Shown here one piece after another: positions 9,151 through 20,728 of a stretch of 64,000 nucleotides of DNA. The notes under the pieces were generated by a model. That model ran no database searches, was not told where the DNA came from, and saw only the letters and a program-made list of their open reading frames with translations. Made by a program: the position numbers and the translations under genes. Within the stretch, counting starts at the first letter, position 1; every line of letters begins with the position of its first letter. The DNA lies in assembly GCF_058153355.1 (NCBI RefSeq), contig NZ_CM177019.1. One strand, 5' to 3'.

Positions 9151-10770
9151 ATGAAAACAGTGCAGCGTACTTTACTTGCCGCAACATTGCTGACTATTTT
9201 TTCGGTCTCAGCCATGGCGCAGGATGTCACGATTATTTATACCAATGATCTTCACGCTCATGTGGATTCTTATAAAGTGCCGTATATCGCAGACGGAAAA
9301 CGCGACATTGGCGGCTTTGCCAATATATCTACTTTAGTAAAACAAGAGAAAGCGAAAAATAAAGCCACCTTTTATTTTGATGCTGGAGACTATTTCACCG
9401 GCCCTTATATCAGCAGTCTGACAAAGGGCGAAGCAATAATTGACATTATGAATACCATGCCTTTTGACGCAGTATCAATCGGTAATCATGAGTTTGACCA
9501 TGGCTGGGATAATGCCCTGCGACAATTAAGCAAAGCGAATTTTCCTGTTTTATTGGGCAATGTTTATCATAAAGAGAGTGAGAAACCCTTCTGGAACAAG
9601 CCCTACACCATCCTGGAAAAAGATGGCATCAAGATTGGTATTATTGGGCTACACGGCGTATTTGCATTTAATGATACGGTCTCGGAGCTCTCTCTCCAGG
9701 GACTCGATAATGACAATAATAACCGCTTTGATAAATCTTCCGAGACCCTTAAGAATCAGGGGATTGAAGCACGTGATGAAGTGAAGTATTTGCAGCATTA
9801 TATCGACGAGTTACGTGATAAGGTTGACCTCACTGTGGCGCTGGTTCATGAAGGCGTTCCGGCGCGTCAGTCCAGCATTGGCATTACAGATGTTAGACGC
9901 GCTCTTGATAAAGATATTCAAACCGCTAGCAAGGTGAAAGGATTGGATATTCTGATTACCGGGCATGCCCACGTCGGAACGCCAGAACCAATCAAAGTCG
10001 GCAACACCTTAATCCTTTCAACTGATAGTGGCGGTATCGATATTGGTAAATTAGTCCTTGATGTCAACCCTACAGCTCGTACCCATAAAATGAAGAGCTT
10101 TGAGCTGAAAACAGTTTATGCCGATGAATGGATACCCGATCCAACGACACAAAAAGTTATCAATGGCTGGAATAAAAAACTGGCGGATATTGTACGCCAA
10201 CCAGTGGGTGAATCATCGATTGCATTAACTCGCGCCTATGGTGAGTCATCGCAACTAGGCAACCTGTTTACCGATGCAATGCTTGTCGCTGCTCCGACTG
10301 CACAGATTGCATTGATAAACTCCGGCAGCTTACGTGCGGATATAAATGCAGGCACGATTACCTTTGGCGACATTACCAGTACATTCCCCTTCAAGAATGA
10401 ACTTACTGAAATGGATCTCAGCGGTAAGGATCTGCGTAACCTACTGGAACACGGGGCATCGCTTACCAATGGCATCCTGCAAATGTCAAAAGGCGCAGAA
10501 ATGCGCTATACCCCGCAGAAACCAGTAGGTCAGCGCATAGTATCTTTTAAAATTAATGGTGAAGAGATCGTTGATACGAATATTTACCATGTTGCAACAA
10601 CGACTTTCCTTGCACTGGGGGGCGATGGTTTTCTGGCATTCAAAGAAGGGAAAAATGTTCAGGTCCGCGCCGGAAAAAACATGTCCGATGTCGTGATCGA
10701 TTATTTGAAGAAAGGCCACAAGATTACGCCTGCACAGGTAAATGAAATGCGGGTGGACGTTAGCAAATAA
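9151..10770 (+). CDS. secreted bifunctional metallophosphatase/5'-nucleotidase-family protein, paralog 3
   Basis: ATG 9151 lies 7 nt after AAGGA (ORF-track start 9145). Very close to paralog 1 over most of its length but with an extra insert of about 25 aa (ELSLQGLDNDNNNRFDKSSETLKNQG). Followed by a hairpin terminator. Confidence 0.85.
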   Translation: MKTVQRTLLAATLLTIFSVSAMAQDVTIIYTNDLHAHVDSYKVPYIADGKRDIGGFANISTLVKQEKAKNKATFYFDAGDYFTGPYISSLTKGEAIIDIMNTMPFDAVSIGNHEFDHGWDNALRQLSKANFPVLLGNVYHKESEKPFWNKPYTILEKDGIKIGIIGLHGVFAFNDTVSELSLQGLDNDNNNRFDKSSETLKNQGIEARDEVKYLQHYIDELRDKVDLTVALVHEGVPARQSSIGITDVRRALDKDIQTASKVKGLDILITGHAHVGTPEPIKVGNTLILSTDSGGIDIGKLVLDVNPTARTHKMKSFELKTVYADEWIPDPTTQKVINGWNKKLADIVRQPVGESSIALTRAYGESSQLGNLFTDAMLVAAPTAQIALINSGSLRADINAGTITFGDITSTFPFKNELTEMDLSGKDLRNLLEHGASLTNGILQMSKGAEMRYTPQKPVGQRIVSFKINGEEIVDTNIYHVATTTFLALGGDGFLAFKEGKNVQVRAGKNMSDVVIDYLKKGHKITPAQVNEMRVDVSK

Positions 10771-10782
10771 TAAAAAAATTAT

Positions 10783-10816
10783 AATGCCATTCATTCACTG
10801 AATGGCATTATTTTCT
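10783..10816 (+). terminator. rho-independent terminator after nucleotidase paralog 3
   Basis: Palindrome AATGCCATTCA...TGAATGGCATT followed by a T-rich run. Confidence 0.6.
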
Positions 10817-10847
10817 CTAAATCAACAATAGATAATGAGATATATTT

Positions 10848-11708
10848 ATGTGTATAAAAAAGCACGGGATAGCTTTATCGATTCTATTAATACCTTGCAT
10901 TGGAAACGCTCAGGAAATTAAAAGTGAGGAAGGCTGGTTACATCAAAGCTTGAATGTCATTGGTCGCACAGACTCTCGCTTTGGCCCAAGGCTGACTAAC
11001 GACCTCTACCCTGAATATACTGTAGCAGGAAGAAAAGACTGGTTTGATTTTTATGGTTATGTTGATCTACCAAAATTCTTTGGCGTCGGCAGTCACTATG
11101 ATGTTGGGATCTGGGATGAGGGCTCACCACTATTTACGGAAATAGAACCTCGGTTTTCCATTGACAAATTGACCGGATTAAATCTTGCGTTCGGCCCTTT
11201 TAAAGAATGGTTCATTGCAAACAACTATGTCTATGATATGGGTGACAACCAGTCATCCCGGCAAAGTACATGGTATATGGGGCTTGGTACAGATATCGAC
11301 ACGGGTCTACCAATTAAGCTTTCTGCCAATATATACGCCAAGTATCAGTGGCAAAACTATGGTGCCGCTAATGAAAATGAATGGGACGGATATCGATTCA
11401 AAATAAAATATAGCATTCCTCTTACCCATTTATTCGGAGGGCGATTGGTATACAATAGTTTTACTAACTTTGATTTTGGATCCGATCTTGCGGACAAATC
11501 ACACAATAATAAACGAACCAGTAATGCTATTGCTTCAAGCCATATCCTTTCCCTGCTATATGAACACTGGAAATTTGCATTTACACTACGTTATTTTCAC
11601 AACGGTGGACAATGGAATGCTGGGGAGAAAGTTAACTTCGGAGATGGTCCATTTGAATTAAAAAACACAGGATGGGGAACCTATACTACTATTGGTTATC
11701 AATTTTAA
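10848..11708 (+). CDS. Tsx-family nucleoside-specific outer-membrane channel (Tsx paralog)
   Basis: 286-aa ORF with signal peptide and long colinear identity to E. coli Tsx ([70 protein letters not shown], terminal F). Confidence 0.85.
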   Translation: MCIKKHGIALSILLIPCIGNAQEIKSEEGWLHQSLNVIGRTDSRFGPRLTNDLYPEYTVAGRKDWFDFYGYVDLPKFFGVGSHYDVGIWDEGSPLFTEIEPRFSIDKLTGLNLAFGPFKEWFIANNYVYDMGDNQSSRQSTWYMGLGTDIDTGLPIKLSANIYAKYQWQNYGAANENEWDGYRFKIKYSIPLTHLFGGRLVYNSFTNFDFGSDLADKSHNNKRTSNAIASSHILSLLYEHWKFAFTLRYFHNGGQWNAGEKVNFGDGPFELKNTGWGTYTTIGYQF

Positions 11709-11885
11709 ATCAGGTGATGTTTTAGATATTTTTACTTAATGCCATTTTGTAATTGTCATAAATAACTTCACCATTCACACTGTGAATTCATCGCTCAACA
11801 CAAAAGCCCCCTTATTACCGGGGCACTGACCAAAGGCAAAATGACAATCAATCACCACCTCCGCAGGAGGTGGTTTAGAGGTGAC

Positions 11886-11913
11886 AACAAAAGCTGGCAA
11901 CTGCCAGCTTTTG
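11886..11913. terminator. palindromic hairpin downstream of metL (likely bidirectional terminator)
   Basis: ACAAAAGCTGGCAACTGCCAGCTTTTGT palindrome just past the metL stop. A second palindrome (ACCACCTCCGCAGGAGGTGGT) lies at 11854-11874. Confidence 0.55.
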
Positions 11914-11924
11914 TTCAATAATCA

Positions 11925-14357
11925 CTACAACAACTGCGCCAGACGGTTAATATCCGACTGAATCGCCCCGGCGGTGACGTCGCGCCCTGCGCCTGGCCCA
12001 CGGATCACCAGCGGGTTGTCGCGATACCAGCGGCTTTCGATGGCAAAGACGTTATCGCACGGTAGTAGTGATGCCAGCGGATGGTCTTCTCGCACCGCTT
12101 CCACGCCTACTCGCGCTTTGCCGTTAGCATCGAAACGCGCCACGTAGCGCAACACCAGCCCCATTTCACGGGCCGCTTCCAACCGTTGTACCATCTGCTC
12201 ATTAAGTTCATCGCCATTTTCAAAGAAATGGTCGATGCTGCCACCTTCGCAATGGGTTGGCACCAGTGATTCAACACGCACCTGGTCCGGTTCAATGTTG
12301 TAACCCGCTTCACGCGCCAGAATCACCAGCTTGCGCATCACATCTTTGCCGGAGAGGTCATCACGCGGGTCAGGTTCAGTTAAGCCCTGCTGCCACGCCT
12401 GATCCACCAGCTCAGTAAACGGCACGCTACCGTCGAATTGCAGGAACAGCCAGGAGAGCGTGCCGGAGAAGATCCCGCTGATCGACAAAATAGTGTCGCC
12501 GCTGTCGATCAGATCGCGCACGGTATGGTTGATCGGCAAACCTGCGCCGACGGTGGCGTTGTATAGCCAGTGACGCCCGGTTTTTTCGAACGCGTCGTGG
12601 ATCTGTCGATATTTATTGCTGTCGCTGGCTCCCGCCAGTTTGTTGGCACTGATGACGTGGAAACCGTGGCTGGCGAAATCGAGATACTGATCAGCAAGCT
12701 GCTGGCTGGCAGTAACGTCCAGCACCACTAAATCATCATACGGATGGGCACGCATCCACAGGAACAGCGACTCTTCATCCTGTTCGACGGCTTCATCATT
12801 AAAGAAGGCTAGCGCACGGCTGGCGTCCAGCCCGTCATAGCTCAACAGGCTGCGACGGCTGTCCACCACGCCTGCCAGCACAAATTCAAAGCCGGTGCGC
12901 GCCGAGAGCGTGCTCTGCTCACGGGCGAACAGTTCCAGCCAGCGGGAACCGATATTGCCCTTACCGAACAATACCAGGCCGATGCGTTTTTCTGCGCGGA
13001 AGACGGACTGATGCAGCCCCTGAATCAGGCTTTCGGTCGGCCCGGTGCGCAGTACTGCCACCAGGCTGATGCCGTCATCGGACTGCCAGGTAAACTCGAC
13101 CGGCTGGCCTTTCAGTTGCTGCCAGAAGCGGTGGCAATGCAGCGGGTTACGGGTGACGCCCGCCCCAACCATCGCCACCAGCGCCAGCCCCTGACGCAGG
13201 CGCAGTTCGCCGGGTAATCCTGCTTCGTCGAGGATTTTCAGCGCACTGTCGGCCACTTCCGAGGTGTAGCAAAATTGCAGCAACTGGCGATCGTTATGCA
13301 CGCCAACTGCCAGTGGGCGCACCTGAGCACGTTTCAGGATTTGGTCGATCTCTTTATGCGCCAGTTTAAAATCCTGACTGGCGGGCACCTGAAACTCAAT
13401 CAAACAGACATCATCGTGGCTGGTGACAATACGCGCGCCAGTACCTGAGGCCAGCACGCGTTCAATACGCGTAGATCCTTGATCCGGTGTATAGCTACAG
13501 CGCAGCTGCAGGTCGATTTCGCTGCCAGAAACTGGCTGTAAAGTACGCGCGTGCAACACTGGCGCGGCAAGACGCGCCAGTTCACTGGCTTCATCAAGAC
13601 GCAGCAATGGCAGCAGACAGGCATCTTTCACTTTACGCGGGTCGGCACTATATACCCCGGCGACATCGCTCCAGATGGTTACGCGGGAAACCCCCGCCAG
13701 CGCACCGATTTGTGTCGCGGAATAGTCGGAACCGTTACGCCCCAGCAGCACCGTTTCACCGGCGTTGTTACGGCTGATAAACCCGGTCACCACCAGACGT
13801 TTGCCCGGATGTTGTACCAGTAGCTGTTGCAGCAACGGGTAAGAAAGCCCTTCATCAACCTGCGGCTGCGCGGCGCGTTCAGCGCGTAAAAACTCGCGGG
13901 CATCAAGCCAGGCCGCTGGCAGCCCTTGTTGATTAAGTACCGCAGACATCAGGCGCGCCGACCACACTTCACCGTGGCCCACCACTTCCGCATACACCGC
14001 ATCGTTAATACCGCTGTCGAGCAGCGCCGCCAGGCGTTCCAGATCGCTGACAAAAGCGCTAATGAGGCTATCGGCTTCTTCAGCGGGTAGCAGGCCGCTA
14101 ATCAGATCGCACTGATAGCGACGCAGCGTTTGTTGAACCTGATGCGCAGAGAGACGATCGGTCTGGCTTAGTTTCAACCAGTTAATCAACTGGTTAGTGG
14201 TGCTACCGGCGGCGGAAACCACCATCATATCGTCAGGCTGAGAGTACTCCGCCATAATGCCCGCGACACGCAAATAACACTTCACATCAGCCAGACTACT
14301 GCCACCAAATTTATGCAGTTGACGACCTTTCGCCCCTGCCTGCGCAATCACACTCAT
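11925..14357 (-). CDS. metL: bifunctional aspartokinase II / homoserine dehydrogenase II
   Basis: 810-aa ORF matching MetL in length and sequence. Two-nt gap to metB, as in the metBL operon. Confidence 0.95.
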   Translation of the reverse strand: MSVIAQAGAKGRQLHKFGGSSLADVKCYLRVAGIMAEYSQPDDMMVVSAAGSTTNQLINWLKLSQTDRLSAHQVQQTLRRYQCDLISGLLPAEEADSLISAFVSDLERLAALLDSGINDAVYAEVVGHGEVWSARLMSAVLNQQGLPAAWLDAREFLRAERAAQPQVDEGLSYPLLQQLLVQHPGKRLVVTGFISRNNAGETVLLGRNGSDYSATQIGALAGVSRVTIWSDVAGVYSADPRKVKDACLLPLLRLDEASELARLAAPVLHARTLQPVSGSEIDLQLRCSYTPDQGSTRIERVLASGTGARIVTSHDDVCLIEFQVPASQDFKLAHKEIDQILKRAQVRPLAVGVHNDRQLLQFCYTSEVADSALKILDEAGLPGELRLRQGLALVAMVGAGVTRNPLHCHRFWQQLKGQPVEFTWQSDDGISLVAVLRTGPTESLIQGLHQSVFRAEKRIGLVLFGKGNIGSRWLELFAREQSTLSARTGFEFVLAGVVDSRRSLLSYDGLDASRALAFFNDEAVEQDEESLFLWMRAHPYDDLVVLDVTASQQLADQYLDFASHGFHVISANKLAGASDSNKYRQIHDAFEKTGRHWLYNATVGAGLPINHTVRDLIDSGDTILSISGIFSGTLSWLFLQFDGSVPFTELVDQAWQQGLTEPDPRDDLSGKDVMRKLVILAREAGYNIEPDQVRVESLVPTHCEGGSIDHFFENGDELNEQMVQRLEAAREMGLVLRYVARFDANGKARVGVEAVREDHPLASLLPCDNVFAIESRWYRDNPLVIRGPGAGRDVTAGAIQSDINRLAQLL

Positions 14358-14359
14358 TT

Positions 14360-15520
14360 TTACCCCTTGTTTGCAGCCCGGAAGCCATTTTCCAGGTCGG
14401 CAATTAAATCTTCGCCATCTTCAATACCGGTGGAGATACGCAGCAGCGTCTCGGAGATCCCGGCGGCAGCACGCGCTTCTGGTGCCATGCCTGCATGTGT
14501 CATGGTTGCGGCGTGAGAGATTAAACTTTCCACTCCCCCTAATGATTCCGCCAGCGTAAACAACGACAACCCGCCCAGGAAACGACGCAGCGTCTGCTCA
14601 TCGCCATCCAGTTCAAAACTCAACATTGCGCCAAAGCCTTTTTGCTGGCGCGCGGCAATTTCATGCCCCTGATTTTCCGGCAGCGACGGGTGATACAGTT
14701 TTTTCACCAACGGCTGGGTTTGCAGATATTTCACAATCGTCTGCGCGTTGCGCTGCGCCAGCTCCATACGCGGCACCAGCGTTCGCAACCCGCGTAGCAG
14801 CAGATAGCTGTCAAACGCGCCGCCCGTCACACCAATATTGTTTGCCCACCAGGCCAGTTCGGTGACAACGTCCGGGTCTTTAGCAATCACCACGCCAGCC
14901 ACTACATCTGAGTGACCGTTCAGATATTTCGTGCATGAATGCAACACCAGATCGGCACCTAATGCCAGTGGATTTTGTAATGCCGGGCTTAAGAAGGTGT
15001 TATCCACCACGCTCACCGCCCCGACTTCCCTTGCCAGATGGCAGATTTTCGCAATATCCACGACGCGTAACAATGGATTACTTGGGCTTTCTACCAGTAC
15101 TAGTTTGGGTTTTTCTGCCAGTGCCGCCTGCAATGCCTGCTCATCTCCTTGATCAACAAACAGCACGCGATAACAGCCGCGTTTCGCCAGGCTGTCGAAC
15201 AGGCGATAGCTGCCGCCGTAGCAGTCGTGCGGTGCAACCAGCAAATCGCCAGGTTTCAAAAAGACAGTCGTTACCAGGTGGATGGCAGACATGCCGGTAT
15301 TAGTCAGCACTGCACCAGCACCGCCTTCCAGTTCTGCCAGCGCACGCTGAACCACATCGCGCGTTGGGTTGCCGCGACGCGAGTAATCATGCGCGCGCGG
15401 TTCATTAAATCCGATAAAGTTATAGGTGCTGGAAAGATGGATGGGAGGGACAACGCAACCATACTGTTCGTCGTCATTTAACCCGCTACGCACTGCGATG
15501 GTGGCCTGTTTACGCGTCAT
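14360..15520 (-). CDS. metB: cystathionine gamma-synthase
   Basis: Native N-terminus MTRKQATIAVRSGL recognised (ATG 15520); ORF-track entry is extended upstream. Confidence 0.95.
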   Translation of the reverse strand: MTRKQATIAVRSGLNDDEQYGCVVPPIHLSSTYNFIGFNEPRAHDYSRRGNPTRDVVQRALAELEGGAGAVLTNTGMSAIHLVTTVFLKPGDLLVAPHDCYGGSYRLFDSLAKRGCYRVLFVDQGDEQALQAALAEKPKLVLVESPSNPLLRVVDIAKICHLAREVGAVSVVDNTFLSPALQNPLALGADLVLHSCTKYLNGHSDVVAGVVIAKDPDVVTELAWWANNIGVTGGAFDSYLLLRGLRTLVPRMELAQRNAQTIVKYLQTQPLVKKLYHPSLPENQGHEIAARQQKGFGAMLSFELDGDEQTLRRFLGGLSLFTLAESLGGVESLISHAATMTHAGMAPEARAAAGISETLLRISTGIEDGEDLIADLENGFRAANKG

Positions 15521-15584
15521 GTGATGAAGTTCCCTGGGCTTGGTCGGTGAAATGTCAGGCACCAGAGTAAACATTGTGTTAATG

Positions 15585-15611
15585 GACGTCAATACATCTG
15601 GACATCTAAAC
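15585..15611. promoter_or_regulatory. tandem MetJ operator (met boxes) in the metJ-metB divergent control region
   Basis: Reverse strand reads AGATGTCC AGATGTAT TGACGTCC, tandem 8-mers related to the AGACGTCT met-box consensus, between divergent metJ and metB. Confidence 0.7.
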
Positions 15612-15796
15612 TTCTTTGCGTATAGATTGAGCAAATCCCAAATAGCCGTTAAAATTATATGCATTATCACGCCGACAGGTGCATTACACGATGTCACGGT
15701 AACGCCTGTACGGTAAACTATGCGGGTTTACGGTCAGTACCCACATAAATTGTGTGGTCTGGTCTCAATTTATTGACGAAGAGGATTAAGTATCTC

Positions 15797-16114
15797 ATGG
15801 CTGAATGGAGCGGCGAATATATCAGCCCATACGCTGAGCACGGCAAGAAGAGTGAACAAGTCAAAAAGATTACGGTTTCCATTCCTCTTAAGGTGTTAAA
15901 AATCCTCACCGATGAACGCACGCGTCGTCAGGTGAACAACCTGCGTCACGCTACCAACAGCGAGCTGCTGTGCGAAGCGTTTCTGCATGCCTTTACCGGG
16001 CAACCTCTGCCGGATGATGCCGACCTGCGTAAAGAGCGCAGCGACGAAATCCCGGAAGCGGCAAAAGAGATCATGCGTGAGATGGGGATTAACCCGGAAA
16101 CGTGGGAATACTAA
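15797..16114 (+). CDS. metJ: methionine repressor
   Basis: [18 protein letters not shown]...ETWEY, 105 aa; ORF-track start 15752 is upstream of the native ATG. Confidence 0.95.
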
Positions 16115-16124
16115 AGCGGAAAAG

Positions 16125-16155
16125 AGCGGCGCGGAGTTAACCAGCCGCTTTTTTC
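16125..16155 (+). terminator. putative metJ terminator
   Basis: AGCGGC...GCCGCT stem followed by TTTTTT. Confidence 0.45.
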
Positions 16156-16173
16156 ATACATGGACGTTTAACT

Positions 16174-16782
16174 ATGAAATACAGGCTACTGATCCTCAGC
16201 ATGCTGGTTTCTGTGCCTGCCCTTGCCTGGCAGCCGGAAACTGGCGACATCATCTTTCAGATCTCTCGCTCATCGCAAAGTAAAGCAATCCAACTGGCGA
16301 CCCATTCCGATTACAGCCACACCGGTATGCTGGTGATGCGTAACAAAAAGCCCTACGTTTTTGAAGCGGTCGGCCCGGTGAAATACACCCCGCTCAAGCA
16401 GTGGATCGCCCATGGTGAAAAGGGCAAATACGTTGTTCGCCGCGTTGAAGGCGGACTGAGTGTTGAACAACAGCAAAAACTGGCGCAAACGGCAAAACGT
16501 TATCTCGGCAAACCGTACGATTTCAGCTTCTCGTGGAGTGATGATCGCCAGTACTGTTCGGAAGTAGTGTGGAAGGTTTACCAGAACGCACTGGGAATGC
16601 GCGTGGGTGAACAGCAAAAACTGAAAGAGTTCGATCTCAGCAACCCGCTGGTTCAGGCGAAGCTCAAAGAACGTTACGGGAAAAATATTCCGCTTGAAGA
16701 AACGGTGGTCTCGCCACAAGCCGTTTTCGATGCGCCACAACTCACCACAGTCGCCAAAGAATGGCCGCTGTTTTCGTGGTAA
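16174..16782 (+). CDS. yiiX: YiiX family protein (putative lipid-binding hydrolase)
   Basis: 202-aa ORF MKYRLLILSMLVSVPALA...; position between metJ and rpmE. Confidence 0.85.
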   Translation: MKYRLLILSMLVSVPALAWQPETGDIIFQISRSSQSKAIQLATHSDYSHTGMLVMRNKKPYVFEAVGPVKYTPLKQWIAHGEKGKYVVRRVEGGLSVEQQQKLAQTAKRYLGKPYDFSFSWSDDRQYCSEVVWKVYQNALGMRVGEQQKLKEFDLSNPLVQAKLKERYGKNIPLEETVVSPQAVFDAPQLTTVAKEWPLFSW

Positions 16783-16802
16783 TACGACCAAAATTCAGGC
16801 AC

Positions 16803-16830
16803 AAAAAAAGCGCCGTGCGGCGCTTTTTTC
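16803..16830. terminator. bidirectional rho-independent terminator (yiiX / rpmE)
   Basis: AAAAAAAGCGCCGTGCGGCGCTTTTTTC: GC-rich hairpin flanked by an A-run and a T-run. Confidence 0.8.
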
Positions 16831-16842
16831 GGAAATCCGGTC

Positions 16843-17094
<252 letters not shown>

Positions 17095-17098
17095 CTAA

Positions 17099-19456
<2,358 letters not shown>

Positions 19457-19611
19457 TGCGCAAACGATGCGAGGCGGATCGAAAAATTCAATATTCATCA
19501 CACTTTTCATGAAAATTCTGTAACCGTTTTCACGCGCTATCTGCTAAAAATGTTGCCGATGTGAAGTAAACATGGAAGTAGTACGCCTGCCGTGCCGGGC
19601 GAGGAGTGAGT

Positions 19612-20637
19612 GTGAAAGCGAAGAAGCAGGAAACTGCCGCGACCATGAAAGACGTTGCCCTGAAGGCAAAAGTCTCTACAGCGACCGTCTCCCGAGCATT
19701 AATGAATCCCGATAAAGTCTCCCAGGCCACCCGTAATCGGGTTGAAAAAGCGGCCCGGGAAGTAGGTTATTTGCCGCAGCCTATGGGGCGCAACGTCAAG
19801 CGTAATGAATCCCGTACCATTCTGGTGATTGTCCCGGATATCTGCGATCCCTTCTTTAGCGAAATTATTCGCGGTATCGAAGTTACGGCGGCAAATCACG
19901 GATATCTGGTGCTGATTGGCGACTGTGCGCATCAAAATCAGCAGGAAAAAACCTTTATCGATTTGATCATCACCAAGCAAATTGATGGCATGTTGCTGCT
20001 GGGTTCAAGGCTGCCGTTTGATGCCAGCATTGAGGAACAGCGTAATCTGCCGCCGATGGTGATGGCGAACGAATTTGCACCGGAACTGGAGCTACCAACA
20101 GTTCATATCGACAATCTGACCGCCGCATTTGATGCAGTAAATTATTTATATGAGCAAGGGCATAAACGGATTGGCTGTATAGCCGGTCCCGAAGAGATGC
20201 CGCTGTGTCACTACCGCCTGCAAGGCTACGTTCAGGCGCTGCGTCGCTGCGGCATTATGGTTGATCCGCAATACATCGCCCGGGGCGACTTCTCCTTTGA
20301 AGCCGGAAGCAAAGCGATGCAACAGCTGCTTGCTCTTCCGCAACCGCCTACTGCTGTCTTCTGCCATAGTGATGTGATGGCGCTCGGCGCACTTTCTCAG
20401 GCAAAACGCCAGGGGCTGAAAGTCCCGGATGATCTGTCCATAATCGGTTTTGATAACATCGACCTGACGCAATTTTGTGATCCGCCGCTGACAACCATCG
20501 CGCAGCCGCGTTACGAAATCGGTCGGGAAGCTATGCTGTTATTGCTTGATCAAATGCAGGGGCAACACGTTGGCAGTGGCTCTCGTTTAATGGACTGCGA
20601 ACTTATCATCCGGGGATCAACACGCGCGTTACCTTAA
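19612..20637 (+). CDS. cytR: LacI-family transcriptional repressor CytR
   Basis: GTG start giving MKAKKQETAATMKDVALKAKVSTATVSRAL (HTH), 341 aa. Confidence 0.92.
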   Translation: MKAKKQETAATMKDVALKAKVSTATVSRALMNPDKVSQATRNRVEKAAREVGYLPQPMGRNVKRNESRTILVIVPDICDPFFSEIIRGIEVTAANHGYLVLIGDCAHQNQQEKTFIDLIITKQIDGMLLLGSRLPFDASIEEQRNLPPMVMANEFAPELELPTVHIDNLTAAFDAVNYLYEQGHKRIGCIAGPEEMPLCHYRLQGYVQALRRCGIMVDPQYIARGDFSFEAGSKAMQQLLALPQPPTAVFCHSDVMALGALSQAKRQGLKVPDDLSIIGFDNIDLTQFCDPPLTTIAQPRYEIGREAMLLLLDQMQGQHVGSGSRLMDCELIIRGSTRALP

Positions 20638-20728
20638 AGTAAACCTTTAAGACTGCCGTGACTGGTCAAAGGCCCGCCGCTTAAGTAACATGGCGGGCTG
20701 ACGAACGAATAAATACAGCGAAACGATA

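Noticed and set aside
11709-11924. Possible small gene or integrase-attachment site at the island/metL junction
   Set aside because: No ORF with an RBS, no tRNA and no direct repeats were seen; the segment contains only two palindromic hairpins consistent with terminators. The island boundary cannot be defined from this end alone.
14360-15697. ORF-track N-terminal extensions (metB 445 aa, glpX 387 aa, cdh 315 aa, glpK 537 aa, pfkA 352 aa, rhaD 304 aa, frvA 191 aa, priA 756 aa and others)
   Set aside because: The track starts at the most upstream in-frame ATG/GTG/TTG. The native N-termini are recognisable further downstream and have proper RBS spacing, so the extensions are not treated as novel longer isoforms.
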